The notes: generated by a model from the letters alone, not told the origin. A stretch of DNA of 64,000 bases from Methylococcaceae bacterium TMED69 (GCA_002170535.1 NHDW01000001.1:59899-123898), one strand, 5' to 3'; positions 9,143-18,947 are shown, numbered from the stretch's first letter. Numbers and translations are program-made.

Positions 9143-9552
9143 AGGCGACTAGGGTTATGAATTTATACAATTTATTTTTGATTATATTGTTGTTTAGTAC
9201 TAATGCATTGTCGAATCAAGTAGAAGATAGTAGCGAACTATTTGAAAAAGCCACAAGTTTCTTTGAGTCTGGAAAAGTACTAGAAGCTGTTTCAATTTTT
9301 AAGAGGCTATCTGATAATAATCATGAGGCAGCTTTATTTTATTTAGGTAAGATTTATTATCACGGTGATGGTTTAGATGTTAATAAGCCCCTTGCTTTTC
9401 AATATTTTAAACGAGCAAGTTCCAGCGGTCATCGGCCTTCGCTATTCATGTTGGCCCAATTCTATATAGACAATTGTTTTGATTTTGAGTCATGCAATGA
9501 AGCTAATAAATATTTTGAAGAATCAACTCTTCTTCTATTGACTGATAATTAG
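9139..9552 (+). CDS. Sel1-repeat (TPR-like) secreted protein
   Basis: Signal peptide. Sel1 repeats: AALFYLGKIYYHGDGLDVNKPLAFQYFKRAS and LFMLAQFY. Confidence 0.65.
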   Translation: MKATRVMNLYNLFLIILLFSTNALSNQVEDSSELFEKATSFFESGKVLEAVSIFKRLSDNNHEAALFYLGKIYYHGDGLDVNKPLAFQYFKRASSSGHRPSLFMLAQFYIDNCFDFESCNEANKYFEESTLLLLTDN

Positions 9553-9559
9553 AAAACAA

Positions 9560-10768
9560 TTATTTACTATACCCTTTGGCGAAAGAAGAGATTTTGCTTG
9601 TTTCGATTTTTATCGGTATGTGTATGAAAGCTGCAAGCAAACCTAATAAAATAGATATTTTCCAAACGAAATGATAGTCTCCAAAATAGTCGTAAACTAG
9701 GCCGCCAATTAAAACTCCAAAAAAGGCGCCCAATTGATGGGAGAGAAAAACAAAACCAAAAAGAGAGCCTATATTCTTACTTCCAAATATATCGCTAACG
9801 AGCCCAGATGTAAGTGGTACGGTTGACAACCATAAAACCCCCATTATGCTTGCAAAAAGATAAACACTTGTTTCTGATTTTGGAAATATAAAAAACAAAA
9901 ATATACATATTGCGCGAGATAGATATAACATCGAGAGTAAATTTGCTTTTGAATATTTACCTCCTAGTACACCGGCAAAAAAAGCCCCGAACACGTTGAA
10001 AAAACCAATAAGACCAATTGCAATTGCTGCGGTCTTACTAGCTATATTAAGCCCCGCCAGATAAGTGGGAAGGTGGCTTGTTATAAAAGCAACATGAAAA
10101 CCGCAAACAAAGAAACCAGTTAACAAGTACAAGTAATTTTTATTTGTAAAAGATTTAAATATTACCGATAAATTTTGATCAGCACTATCCGGTTTTTTTT
10201 CACTATTATCCCTTGTAAATCCTAGAGCAAAAATTGGAATTAAAATTATTATGATGCTTAGCATTATGATAGCTGCTCTCCAAGAATGAGAGCTTATTAA
10301 TTGCTGAGCGAATGGAGTAACAAGAAGTTGACCTAAGCTTCCTGCAGCAGTGACAGTTCCTACGGCAAAGGACCTTTGATTTTCCGGTAAAAGCTTTGAT
10401 ACTGCAGATATTACAATAGTTAAAGACGCAGCCGAAAGGCCAATCCCAGCAATAACTCCAAAACTAAAAATCATCTGGATGGGGTTAAGTGAAAACGTTA
10501 GCGAGAAAATTCCTATAGAATATAGAATGGCGCCAGCTGCAAGCACCTTTGGCGCGCCGAAGCGATCTGCTAAGCCACCCATAAGAGGTTGAAACAGTCC
10601 CCAAGCTAAATTTTGTATCGCTAATGACAATGCAAAAATTGATACAGGCCAACCTAACTCATTGGAGACAGGTTGCATGAATATTCCTAGACTGCTTCTT
10701 GGGCCAAAAGAGAATATCATAATAAGGCTTGCGCATAATAGAATGATTATTCTTTTTGGATTAGTCAT
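9560..10768 (-). CDS. MFS transporter
   Basis: 402 aa with about 12 hydrophobic segments. Has an MFS-like G-x-L-x-D-R-x-G motif (GGLADRFG) in loop 2-3. Confidence 0.8.
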   Translation of the reverse strand: MTNPKRIIILLCASLIMIFSFGPRSSLGIFMQPVSNELGWPVSIFALSLAIQNLAWGLFQPLMGGLADRFGAPKVLAAGAILYSIGIFSLTFSLNPIQMIFSFGVIAGIGLSAASLTIVISAVSKLLPENQRSFAVGTVTAAGSLGQLLVTPFAQQLISSHSWRAAIIMLSIIIILIPIFALGFTRDNSEKKPDSADQNLSVIFKSFTNKNYLYLLTGFFVCGFHVAFITSHLPTYLAGLNIASKTAAIAIGLIGFFNVFGAFFAGVLGGKYSKANLLSMLYLSRAICIFLFFIFPKSETSVYLFASIMGVLWLSTVPLTSGLVSDIFGSKNIGSLFGFVFLSHQLGAFFGVLIGGLVYDYFGDYHFVWKISILLGLLAAFIHIPIKIETSKISSFAKGYSK

Positions 10769-10789
10769 TAAGTTTTTACCAAATAAAAG

Positions 10790-11407
10790 TTAATCTAACT
10801 TTAGGTTCTTTGGACAATCTCCCTGTTCGTTGTTGCAAATTCTTAAGTAAGACAAATATCCAAGCCAGAATTTTCTTTGTTCTAGATTGATAGGAGATTT
10901 TTTTTGAGTATCGAATAATTTTGTTTTCCAAGTTTTTTGAAGAAGAAAAAAATTTTTCTTTCCTGATATTCCCCTTAACAGGCTTACATAGCCGCTATCC
11001 CCCTCTTTTTTTTGACCACATAACGCTAGTATTGCCATTGAGGGATAATTGTTATCAATTCCACCAATATCGATTGGCCTATAGTCAAATGCTCTGCAGT
11101 CTTGACTTAAATATTTGGTTATTCCTGACATCATTTTGACTGGATCTGTCGAGGGTTTGTTTAGTAATATTTGAATTGTCAGCATTTCTTCCCAGTCTGT
11201 CTCAGTTTGTCCTTCAGGTATGTATTCTGTCGTTGACAGTGATTCAGTCCTATCTTTGAATTCTTCTTTCCAGCCCTCTGGTAGAATAAATAGGAGTTGC
11301 TCTCCGTTAGTGTCATTTCTGTCTGATTGGGAAAGTGCCGGTTGTGCGATGGCCATCGCTTTTAATAAGACAAGTAGCGTAATGTAAAAACGTATTCTCA
11401 GATTCAT
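10790..11407 (-). CDS. secreted hypothetical protein
   Basis: Signal peptide, 205 aa, several Cys. No recognisable domain. Confidence 0.5.
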   Translation of the reverse strand: MNLRIRFYITLLVLLKAMAIAQPALSQSDRNDTNGEQLLFILPEGWKEEFKDRTESLSTTEYIPEGQTETDWEEMLTIQILLNKPSTDPVKMMSGITKYLSQDCRAFDYRPIDIGGIDNNYPSMAILALCGQKKEGDSGYVSLLRGISGKKNFFLLQKTWKTKLFDTQKKSPINLEQRKFWLGYLSYLRICNNEQGDCPKNLKLD

Positions 11408-11540
11408 TTGGGCGGTAACTTATTTTTGTCGGCTCTGCGGTTATTGTATCAAAAATTGTTAATTAATTAATAATAAACCGATTATAATAGTTATAGAATT
11501 TTAATTTTAAGATTGATCATATGAAAAATAGGAGAATAGT

Positions 11541-12422
11541 TTGAAATTAGACAATAAAGTTTGTGTCGTAACCGGTGGGGCTAATGGTATTGGTCAAGCC
11601 ACTGTGGAAAAGTTCTTGGCAGAAGGTGCTAAGGTTGTTATTGCTGATTTTAACGATGAAATAGGGCAGCACGTTTGCTCTAACCTTAAAGATAATGGTT
11701 ATACGAAAGAGGTTGAGTTTTTAAAAACTGATGTAAGAATTGAAAGTGAGATCGAAAATCTAGTCAACAATACTTGCGAAATGTTTGGCGGGCTAGACGT
11801 TATCTTTAATAATGCAGGAGTTATTGGCGCTGTTGGCCCTTTATGGGATCTAGATGAGGAAGATTGGGATTATACTTTTGATGTGTTGGTTAAAGGAGTG
11901 TTTTTTGGAATTAAGCATGCTGCTAGGGCTTTTAGAAAGCAAGAAAGATCTGGGGTGATTTTGAATACATCTTCGGTGGCAGGGTTAAATGGAGGTTGCG
12001 GGCCCCTTGCTTATTCAACCTCAAAGGCTGCAGTAATTAACCTAACAAGATCAGCGGCGATACAGTTGGCTCAAGATAAAATTAGGGTTAATGCGATCTG
12101 TCCGGGTTATATTTATACCGGACTTACTATACCAAAGACTGATTCTGTTTCTGAAGGTTCAGATAAATTGTCTATAAGACAGCCAATTCAAGACCACGGT
12201 ACTCCAAATGATATAGCGTCAGCAGCTGTTTTTCTTTGTAGCGATGATTCCAGGTTTATTAGCGGTGAGGCTCTAGTTATTGATGGGGCCTTGACTGCAC
12301 TGGGTCCAGACTTATGGAACAAAGCTGGAATAGCTTATGAAAGGGATATGAGTTCCAAAGTTCTTAATAGAGGAACTACTGGTGAGTCGCATGTTAAAAA
12401 GCCTTTGAGTAGTTCTTTTTAA
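11541..12422 (+). CDS. SDR-family oxidoreductase
   Basis: TGGANGIG Rossmann motif, NNAG, and a catalytic YSTSK (Y-x3-K). TTG start with an AGGAG ribosome-binding site 8 nt upstream. Confidence 0.85.
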   Translation: MKLDNKVCVVTGGANGIGQATVEKFLAEGAKVVIADFNDEIGQHVCSNLKDNGYTKEVEFLKTDVRIESEIENLVNNTCEMFGGLDVIFNNAGVIGAVGPLWDLDEEDWDYTFDVLVKGVFFGIKHAARAFRKQERSGVILNTSSVAGLNGGCGPLAYSTSKAAVINLTRSAAIQLAQDKIRVNAICPGYIYTGLTIPKTDSVSEGSDKLSIRQPIQDHGTPNDIASAAVFLCSDDSRFISGEALVIDGALTALGPDLWNKAGIAYERDMSSKVLNRGTTGESHVKKPLSSSF

Positions 12423-12482
12423 TCTTGATCTAAACAATATAATAGGTAAAAATAGTTCTTATTTAGGTTTAGTAGGTTTCTT

Positions 12483-13490
12483 ATGTTCAGACAGTTGACT
12501 TATTTTTTTATTGCCATGATTTTTAGCCCAAATATATTCTGCTCCGAATCAGTTAATGTTTATAGTTATCGTAAACCTCAGCTAATTAGCCCCATGTTTA
12601 TTGCTTTTACAGAGAAAACAGGAATCGAGGTAAATAGTATCTTTGCGAAGAAAGGAATGCTAGAAAGAATTAAAAATGAAGGTCGGAACAGTCCCGCTGA
12701 CATTATATTGACTGTAGATATCGGTAGGCTAGCTGATTTAAAGAATGCTGATTTGACGCAGCAAGTTTCTTTAGCCCAGATAAATAAAAATATTCCAGAA
12801 AATTTTCGCGACAAAGATGGCCATTGGTTTGGCCTTACCTCTAGGGCGCGAATAATTGTCGCTTCTAGAAAACGAGTTTCCGAAGGTTCCATAAATACTT
12901 ATGAATCTCTAGTGAACGATCAATTCAAGGGAAAGGTTTGTACAAGGTCTGGTAAGCATCCTTACATGATAGCGTTAACCGCTAGCATCATCGCGTATTC
13001 GGGAGAAGAAAAGGCAAAACAATGGTTGTATGGCCTTAAAAATAATCTTGCTAGAAAACCTCAAGGTAACGATAGGGCTCAGGTTAAAGCAATACATGAG
13101 GGTCTATGTGATGTCGCTATAATTAATCATTACTATATGGCTATGATGTTATCAGATCCAGAACAAAAGAAATGGGCCGAATCAGTCTACGTTATATTTC
13201 CGAATCAGGATGGAAGAGGAACCCACATGAATGTTAGTGGAGCAGCATTGGCTAAATATGCGCCGAATAAAAAAAACGGCCTCGCTTTGCTAAAGTTTCT
13301 TTCAAGTAATGAGGGGCAAGAGCTATATAGCGCTAAAAACAGTGAATATCCTGTATCAGGAAAGATGAGTCGTTCTTCTTTACTAGAGAGCTGGGGCGAA
13401 TTTAAGCAAGATAAAAGCGATTTAAATAAAATTGCTGATAATAGAGAAGCCGCTTTGATGATTACTGATGCGGTCGGATATAATTTTTAG
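12483..13490 (+). CDS. fbpA: ferric iron ABC transporter periplasmic binding protein (FbpA/AfuA family)
   Basis: Signal peptide. Strong family motifs: GRNSPADIIL (compare GSRSPADVFY), IINHYYM (compare INNYYW, which carries the iron-binding Tyr pair) and VSGAALAKYAPN. Confidence 0.8.
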   Translation: MFRQLTYFFIAMIFSPNIFCSESVNVYSYRKPQLISPMFIAFTEKTGIEVNSIFAKKGMLERIKNEGRNSPADIILTVDIGRLADLKNADLTQQVSLAQINKNIPENFRDKDGHWFGLTSRARIIVASRKRVSEGSINTYESLVNDQFKGKVCTRSGKHPYMIALTASIIAYSGEEKAKQWLYGLKNNLARKPQGNDRAQVKAIHEGLCDVAIINHYYMAMMLSDPEQKKWAESVYVIFPNQDGRGTHMNVSGAALAKYAPNKKNGLALLKFLSSNEGQELYSAKNSEYPVSGKMSRSSLLESWGEFKQDKSDLNKIADNREAALMITDAVGYNF

Positions 13491-15150
13491 ACGTCTCAAA
13501 GTGAAAAATATTCTTATCTCTGATAAATTTTGGTCTATCAGTAGCGCTGTATTATGTCTGGTTTTGATGATGCCCCTTTTATCGGTTATTTATTTAGCAA
13601 TCGAATTCAACTGGGACATCTGGCACCATTTAATTAAAACCAGTCTTTTTCATTATTTTCAAGCCACTGGATTACTTTTGGTCGGAGTGGCATTTATTGT
13701 TTTCTTTATAGGAGTAGGGACTGCATGGCTGGTTACGATGCACGATTTTCCTTTAAAGAGTTCATTCGAATGGTTTTTAATTTTTCCCCTAGCTTTCCCT
13801 TCATATGTAGTAGCTTATGCTTATACCGATCTACTTGAGTTTTCAGGGTTCATTCAATCAAGCCTACGTAGCTTTTTTGACTGGGGCGTTGGTGATTACT
13901 GGTTTCCAGAAATACGGAGTTTGACGGGTGCTAGTATAGTTATGGGATTTGTGCTTTATCCTTATGTTTACTTGTTGGCACGAGCTGCTTTTTTAGAACA
14001 CTCTGTTAGTGCTCTTGAGGCGAATAGAGTTTTAGGGGGCGGACCTATCGACACATTTGTTCGAGTAGCTCTTCCCAGTGCACGTCCAGCAATCATAGTG
14101 GGAATGTCTCTTGCCTTAATGGAAACCATGAACGACTATGGCACGGTAGATTTTTTCGCCGTGCCTACGCTGACCGTTGGTCTAATTGATGTTTGGCTTG
14201 GAATGAACAGTTTGTCGGGTGCAGCACAAATTGCCTCCCTTACTTTAAGTATTGTACTCATCATACTAATAATTGAGCAAATGAGTAGAGCTAATCAAAG
14301 ATTTTATCAACAAGGATCTACTCGTTTTAGTAAACTACCAATAGTAAGACTAAAGGGATTTAAGGGTTATTTTGCATTAGTTTATTGTGCTGTTCCTGTG
14401 CTGATAGGTTTCATAATACCTTTGATTATTCTAGCGAGATTATCATTTTTATATTTCAGTAAAACTTGGACCGACGATTTTCTTGGCCAAATTGGAAACA
14501 GTATTTTATTATCCTCCGTCGCAGCTCTATTTGTTATCTTAATATCACTTTTCTTAGGTTATGGAAAAAGATTAACGCAAAATCAGGCGATAAAAATATT
14601 AATTTCGATAGCTAAGTTTGGATATGGAATTCCTGGTGCGGTGATCGCAATGGGTGTTCTCATTCCATTCGCATATTTTGATAATAGTTTAAATGATTTG
14701 TTAGTTAATTATTTTGGTATTTCAAGTGGACTTATTCTTAGTGGCTCAATTATGGCGATCCTGTTTGCGTATGTAGTAAGATTTCTATTTCTAGGATTAG
14801 GGCAAATCGAGTCTAGTTTAGAAAAAATCTCACCCACGATGGATATGGCTTTTAGAAGTTTAGGCAATACAAAATATGAAACACTATTGAAATTGCATTT
14901 ACCGATGCTCAAGGGCGGTATCTTAGTTGCGGGTATACTAGTATTCGTGGACTGTATGAAAGAATTACCGGCAACATTAATTTTAAGACCCTTTAATTTT
15001 GATACTTTAGCAATTAATGTATACCAATACGCGTCCGATGAGATGCTTGGAGAAGCTGCTACGGGATCTTTAATAATTGTTACGATAGGTTTGTTACCCG
15101 TTGTAATATTGAGTAAGTTAATAACCGATTCAAGAAAATTGTCACGATAA
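13468..15150 (+). CDS. fbpB: iron(III) ABC transporter permease (FbpB-like, duplicated permease domain)
   Basis: 560 aa with about 12 TM segments and two ABC permease EAA-like loops. The start is uncertain: the annotated ORF overlaps fbpA by 23 nt, and an internal Met at about 13566 is an alternative. Confidence 0.75.
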   Translation: MRSDIIFRRLKVKNILISDKFWSISSAVLCLVLMMPLLSVIYLAIEFNWDIWHHLIKTSLFHYFQATGLLLVGVAFIVFFIGVGTAWLVTMHDFPLKSSFEWFLIFPLAFPSYVVAYAYTDLLEFSGFIQSSLRSFFDWGVGDYWFPEIRSLTGASIVMGFVLYPYVYLLARAAFLEHSVSALEANRVLGGGPIDTFVRVALPSARPAIIVGMSLALMETMNDYGTVDFFAVPTLTVGLIDVWLGMNSLSGAAQIASLTLSIVLIILIIEQMSRANQRFYQQGSTRFSKLPIVRLKGFKGYFALVYCAVPVLIGFIIPLIILARLSFLYFSKTWTDDFLGQIGNSILLSSVAALFVILISLFLGYGKRLTQNQAIKILISIAKFGYGIPGAVIAMGVLIPFAYFDNSLNDLLVNYFGISSGLILSGSIMAILFAYVVRFLFLGLGQIESSLEKISPTMDMAFRSLGNTKYETLLKLHLPMLKGGILVAGILVFVDCMKELPATLILRPFNFDTLAINVYQYASDEMLGEAATGSLIIVTIGLLPVVILSKLITDSRKLSR

Positions 15151-15154
15151 CGAA

Positions 15155-16204
15155 ATGAATGTACCAAAAACGTTAAAAGTAGACAAAATTTTCTGTGAAT
15201 ATGAAGATAGAATAGTAGTTTCAGATATTGCTTTTGAAGTTAAAACCGGAGGGCACGCTAGCTTACTCGGGCCTAGCGGATGTGGAAAAACTACAATTTT
15301 AAAAGCCATAGCAGGTTTTATTCAATTAACAGGCGGAGAAATATCAATAGATGGCAAGATTGTTTCAGGTAAAACTCAATTTATATCACCGGAATCAAGG
15401 CGGGTTGGAATGGTGTTCCAGGAGCATGCCCTTTTCCCTCACCTAGATGTCGAGAAGAATATTGCTGTAGGTTTAAGGAAAACAAAATCTGAAAAAAAAA
15501 ATAAATTAATAGAAAGGTTTGTAGAAAGAATGGGATTGGGTCCGGAGCGGCATAAATACCCTCATGAGTTATCAGGAGGACAGGCGCAAAGAGTAGCATT
15601 GGCTCGTTCACTAGTTTGTGATCCATCTGTAATGTTGTTAGATGAGCCTTTTTCGGGGTTAGATGAAGATCTACGACATAAGCTTAATGAAGAGGTTGCA
15701 ACCATTCTTAAAGAACGAAATATTACATGTTTAATGGTTACCCACGATCAGGAGGAAGCTTTTGCATTTAGCGATAAAGTTGGCGTTTTAAATGAAGGGC
15801 GTCTCCAGCAGTGGGCCACGCCCCACGATATTTACCATGAGCCAAAAACAAAGTTTGTGGCCGACTTTATAGGAGAAGGTGTTTTTCTAAAAGGTGCTTT
15901 GGAGCAAGATACTAGCCTCGTTACAGATTACGTAACACTTAGAAATCATAAAATTAGACCTGATGCTCAAGGCTCTCTGTTTGATGTTTTACTTAGGCCC
16001 GATGATGTTATATTTGATCCTTTGAGTCCTACTAAAGTTAGGATAATTTCTAAAACGTTTAAAGGGTCCCAGACTCTTTATAATCTACAGGCTGAGGGCA
16101 AACAGGAAATTCAGGCTCTTTTTCCGAGTCATTTTGACTTAACGGTTGGAGAAATGATTGGGGTAAGGTTTGATATTGTTCACGTTGTTGCATATCAACG
16201 ATAA
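15155..16204 (+). CDS. fbpC: ABC transporter ATP-binding protein (FbpC-like, with a C-terminal TOBE-like domain)
   Basis: Walker A LLGPSGCGKTT, ABC signature LSGGQAQRVALARSL, Walker B LLDEPFSGLD. Confidence 0.85.
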   Translation: MNVPKTLKVDKIFCEYEDRIVVSDIAFEVKTGGHASLLGPSGCGKTTILKAIAGFIQLTGGEISIDGKIVSGKTQFISPESRRVGMVFQEHALFPHLDVEKNIAVGLRKTKSEKKNKLIERFVERMGLGPERHKYPHELSGGQAQRVALARSLVCDPSVMLLDEPFSGLDEDLRHKLNEEVATILKERNITCLMVTHDQEEAFAFSDKVGVLNEGRLQQWATPHDIYHEPKTKFVADFIGEGVFLKGALEQDTSLVTDYVTLRNHKIRPDAQGSLFDVLLRPDDVIFDPLSPTKVRIISKTFKGSQTLYNLQAEGKQEIQALFPSHFDLTVGEMIGVRFDIVHVVAYQR

Positions 16205-16761
16205 TTCTTAAAATTAAACAAACTTGTTTCCGATATAACGAAATCTAGCTTTACATCATGTTCCTCAGCGATGATATTGTCAAATTGTTGGAACGAGTAA
16301 GCTAAACCAATCTTTACAGCGCTAGGATTTTTACTAAACCATTTGTCATAAAAACCGCCACCATATCCTAAACGATCTCCAACTTTCGAAAATGCGACAA
16401 CTGGAACAAGTACTATATCAATTTTTTTTACTTCAAACTCATCTGTAACCACCCTTTTTGAAAGTGGGTTTTGCGAAAATTCCAAAAATTTATTGGTGCA
16501 ATCAACTGCAATTATTTCATTATCTCTTAGGATCCTAGGTGTTGAAATTTCATATTGAGTCTTTTTTAGTGCCAAAATTATCTCCTCGGTAGGAACTTCT
16601 TCCTTATAAGACTCATAGATGAAGGCAGAGTTGCCGGGAAGGCTATCTACGAGCTCTATGGTTGTCTCATAGATTCTTTTGTTGAATAATTTTCTTTTAT
16701 TTTTATCAAGGTTAGCTCTTAGAAGACAAGCTTGTTTTCTAATTGAATTCTTATTCTTCAT
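16195..16761 (-). CDS. 5-formyltetrahydrofolate cyclo-ligase
   Basis: Family-diagnostic GYGGGFYD motif and an N-terminal substrate-binding region. Length 188 aa. Confidence 0.75.
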   Translation of the reverse strand: MKNKNSIRKQACLLRANLDKNKRKLFNKRIYETTIELVDSLPGNSAFIYESYKEEVPTEEIILALKKTQYEISTPRILRDNEIIAVDCTNKFLEFSQNPLSKRVVTDEFEVKKIDIVLVPVVAFSKVGDRLGYGGGFYDKWFSKNPSAVKIGLAYSFQQFDNIIAEEHDVKLDFVISETSLFNFKNYR

Positions 16762-17435
16762 TTGGTGCTGATGCTAAAGATGAGACCAATGATTCCACCA
16801 AAAACAGCTCCCCAAACAACCAGCCAACCTAGGTGTTGACTAATCATTTCTTGGATTATTTCCTTCACTCTTTCTGGTGTTAATTCATTTAACTTATTGT
16901 CTATAACTGAAGTGACTTTTTCTTCTAGTGTTCTAATATTGTTGTAATTATTCTCCCTTTGCTTATTTATTAGTTCAATTAAAATTTGCTGAAATTTTTC
17001 AACTAATGGCTCCCTTAAAGGTTCTAAGATCTTTGCACCCCCGAACATTTCTAGTGTTTTGCTGAGCGATGATTTTTCTAAAATGTCAATAAAAGAATTA
17101 AAAATCTCGTTTTTATCAAAAGAAACATTTATTTTACTTACCGCGTCATCGCGCAAGTCTTCATAAATAGTTTCAATATTTTTTTTAGTGAAAAATTCTT
17201 GCAAGATTAATTGTCTAATACCCTTTTTAAATTCTTTAAACTGTATTTCAATTACACCTGAGCCCATAATAAAAGGGATCTTCTCAAATAGCATATGTAT
17301 CGCAAGCCAATTCGTGATTCCTCCTGATAACGCAAACATTCCTACAGAAAAACAATAGTCAGAAATCGGTGTATCTATAAAACTGAAAAGCAGGACGGCT
17401 AAAGCCAGGAAATTAGAAACGATTGGCTTGTTCAT
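16758..17435 (-). CDS. membrane protein, DUF445-like
   Basis: GGITNWLAIHMLF motif typical of DUF445. N- and C-terminal TM helices. Overlaps both neighbours by 4 nt. Confidence 0.4.
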   Translation of the reverse strand: MNKPIVSNFLALAVLLFSFIDTPISDYCFSVGMFALSGGITNWLAIHMLFEKIPFIMGSGVIEIQFKEFKKGIRQLILQEFFTKKNIETIYEDLRDDAVSKINVSFDKNEIFNSFIDILEKSSLSKTLEMFGGAKILEPLREPLVEKFQQILIELINKQRENNYNNIRTLEEKVTSVIDNKLNELTPERVKEIIQEMISQHLGWLVVWGAVFGGIIGLIFSISTK

Positions 17436-17809
17436 AAGGTTACGAAAATTGATTTTCTTTCTCCGCTGATTGCACGGCTTCTATGACCTTGGCCTTCTAT
17501 ATCTTCTACCAGGAGCACATCACCTCCTCCAAAGATTTTTTTTTCGCCAGTACTTACTTCAATTTCTACTTCGCCTTCTAAAATGACAATGTATTGTTTT
17601 TGAGGTGCGTTATGCCAATCATAATCGTAATCAGCGCTTGTGATTCGGAAGATAATTGACTTAACCTCTTGAGGATTTGATAAAAATCCGATTTCACCCT
17701 CATCATTAAGTTTAATTTGAATTGGTGAAAAAAAAGATCTCCCTTGTTTATCTGAGGATACCTTTGTAGCTTTAATGTAACAATTGTTGCGATTCATTTT
17801 GAGGTTCAA
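17432..17809 (-). CDS. cupin-domain protein
   Basis: 125-aa small barrel with a cupin-like strand pattern (IVILEGEVEIEV...GDVLLV). Confidence 0.45.
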   Translation of the reverse strand: MNLKMNRNNCYIKATKVSSDKQGRSFFSPIQIKLNDEGEIGFLSNPQEVKSIIFRITSADYDYDWHNAPQKQYIVILEGEVEIEVSTGEKKIFGGGDVLLVEDIEGQGHRSRAISGERKSIFVTL

Positions 17810-17821
17810 ATTATTAATAGA

Positions 17822-18214
17822 TTAGTCTAAATTCTTAATATAACTATTTAAAGAGTTATTCCTAAAGTTCAATGGGCACCACGGCTCTTCGCTTAATTTC
17901 TTTGTGTAATTGTTATCTACTATGTATACCTGACAGAAATATTTTTTAGAGCTAGCTATGACTTTGAGTATGCTTCTTTTATACATTACGCCCTCATAGG
18001 CATCAAGAATCGAAATATCTTGTTCATCGATGCCAAATATTATTTTGCCTGAAACATTTGAATTTAGATCTGCAATTATTCCGGGATATTCAGCGTTATA
18101 AAATTTTTTTATTTTATAATTCTCCAGTAGCCCCGGAATCGATACGTATTTTTTTTCTAAAAGCTTCGACAGTATTTCGTCAAAAGTTAAAGTTCCATAG
18201 ACAAAGAGTTTCAT
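17822..18214 (-). CDS. gamma-glutamyl cyclotransferase-like protein (AIG2/GGCT fold)
   Basis: N-terminal LFVYGTL motif (the YGTL signature) and a conserved Glu region (AYEGV). Confidence 0.6.
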   Translation of the reverse strand: MKLFVYGTLTFDEILSKLLEKKYVSIPGLLENYKIKKFYNAEYPGIIADLNSNVSGKIIFGIDEQDISILDAYEGVMYKRSILKVIASSKKYFCQVYIVDNNYTKKLSEEPWCPLNFRNNSLNSYIKNLD

Positions 18215-18240
18215 TTTGATAAAACCACAAATTTTTTGGA

Positions 18241-18846
18241 TTAGTTCGAGTATTCAGATTTGGTTTTTAAGAAAGTTATTAGTTGATTTAACGCTTTATA
18301 AGCATAGAAAAACAGAAAACTAAAAAGAACAGTTGCTAGAAGGGTTTTCTTAAAAAATGGAAACCCCATGATAATGCACTGAAAAAGACCGGCCGTACTA
18401 AAGGGATATGGTTGCCCGGTTGAAATATTTATTCCGCCTGATAAAAAGTAACCTACGTCCGATATTAGCCAATGACAAAGGCTGACAGAAATCGCTCCTA
18501 GTAATACTCGAACCAGTGAAGTTCTATGAAGAATTTTGGAGCCAAGATAGGCGCTAACTAAAATTGATCCGTAGACCCACATCCATCCGGGGTAGAAAAG
18601 AGCAGTTGCGCTTAGACTTGGTGCTTTGAGATATAAAATATAATCACTTAATAATAAGACTAATACTGGGGTTAAATATTTCAATTTTGAGGAGCTAATC
18701 TGTGCGCCTGCGAATAAGGCAATAGCGCATAGTGGAGTGAGGTTTGCGCTAAGAATGTCATCACCAGGTACAATTAGGGCTCTATATAGACCTGCTATTA
18801 CAACAATTGACATTGTTATGTTTAAATTGTGTGAATTTTTCACCAT
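18241..18846 (-). CDS. integral membrane protein, possibly a transporter substrate-capture component
   Basis: 201 aa with about 6 TM helices. This size is typical of ECF-type S components; no diagnostic motif was recognised. Confidence 0.45.
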   Translation of the reverse strand: MVKNSHNLNITMSIVVIAGLYRALIVPGDDILSANLTPLCAIALFAGAQISSSKLKYLTPVLVLLLSDYILYLKAPSLSATALFYPGWMWVYGSILVSAYLGSKILHRTSLVRVLLGAISVSLCHWLISDVGYFLSGGINISTGQPYPFSTAGLFQCIIMGFPFFKKTLLATVLFSFLFFYAYKALNQLITFLKTKSEYSN

Positions 18847-18947
18847 TTATATTGCCGATGATTTTTCCAATAGAATAAACCTTCATTTTATATTAGAAAT
18901 TTCTTTTCTGATATACTAAATTTTTAAAATATAGAAGAAATTCTCTT

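Noticed and set aside
12578-12892. Antisense ORFs embedded in well-supported genes: 12578..12892 (-), 14709..15167 (-), 15381..15626 (-), 50562..50876 (-), 51066..51639 (-), 47527..47808 (-), 44843..45345 (-), 40676..40915 (-), 34232..34438 (-), 34251..35234 (+), 29078..29398 (-), 28384..28629 (-).
   Set aside because: Each lies entirely inside, and antisense to, a longer ORF with clear family motifs (FbpA, FbpB, FbpC, FrhB-like, HyuB, the fused oxoprolinase, the BVMO, the secreted 464-aa protein, the FAD oxidoreductase, Nei). None has recognisable motifs or ribosome-binding sites. They are typical shadow ORFs.
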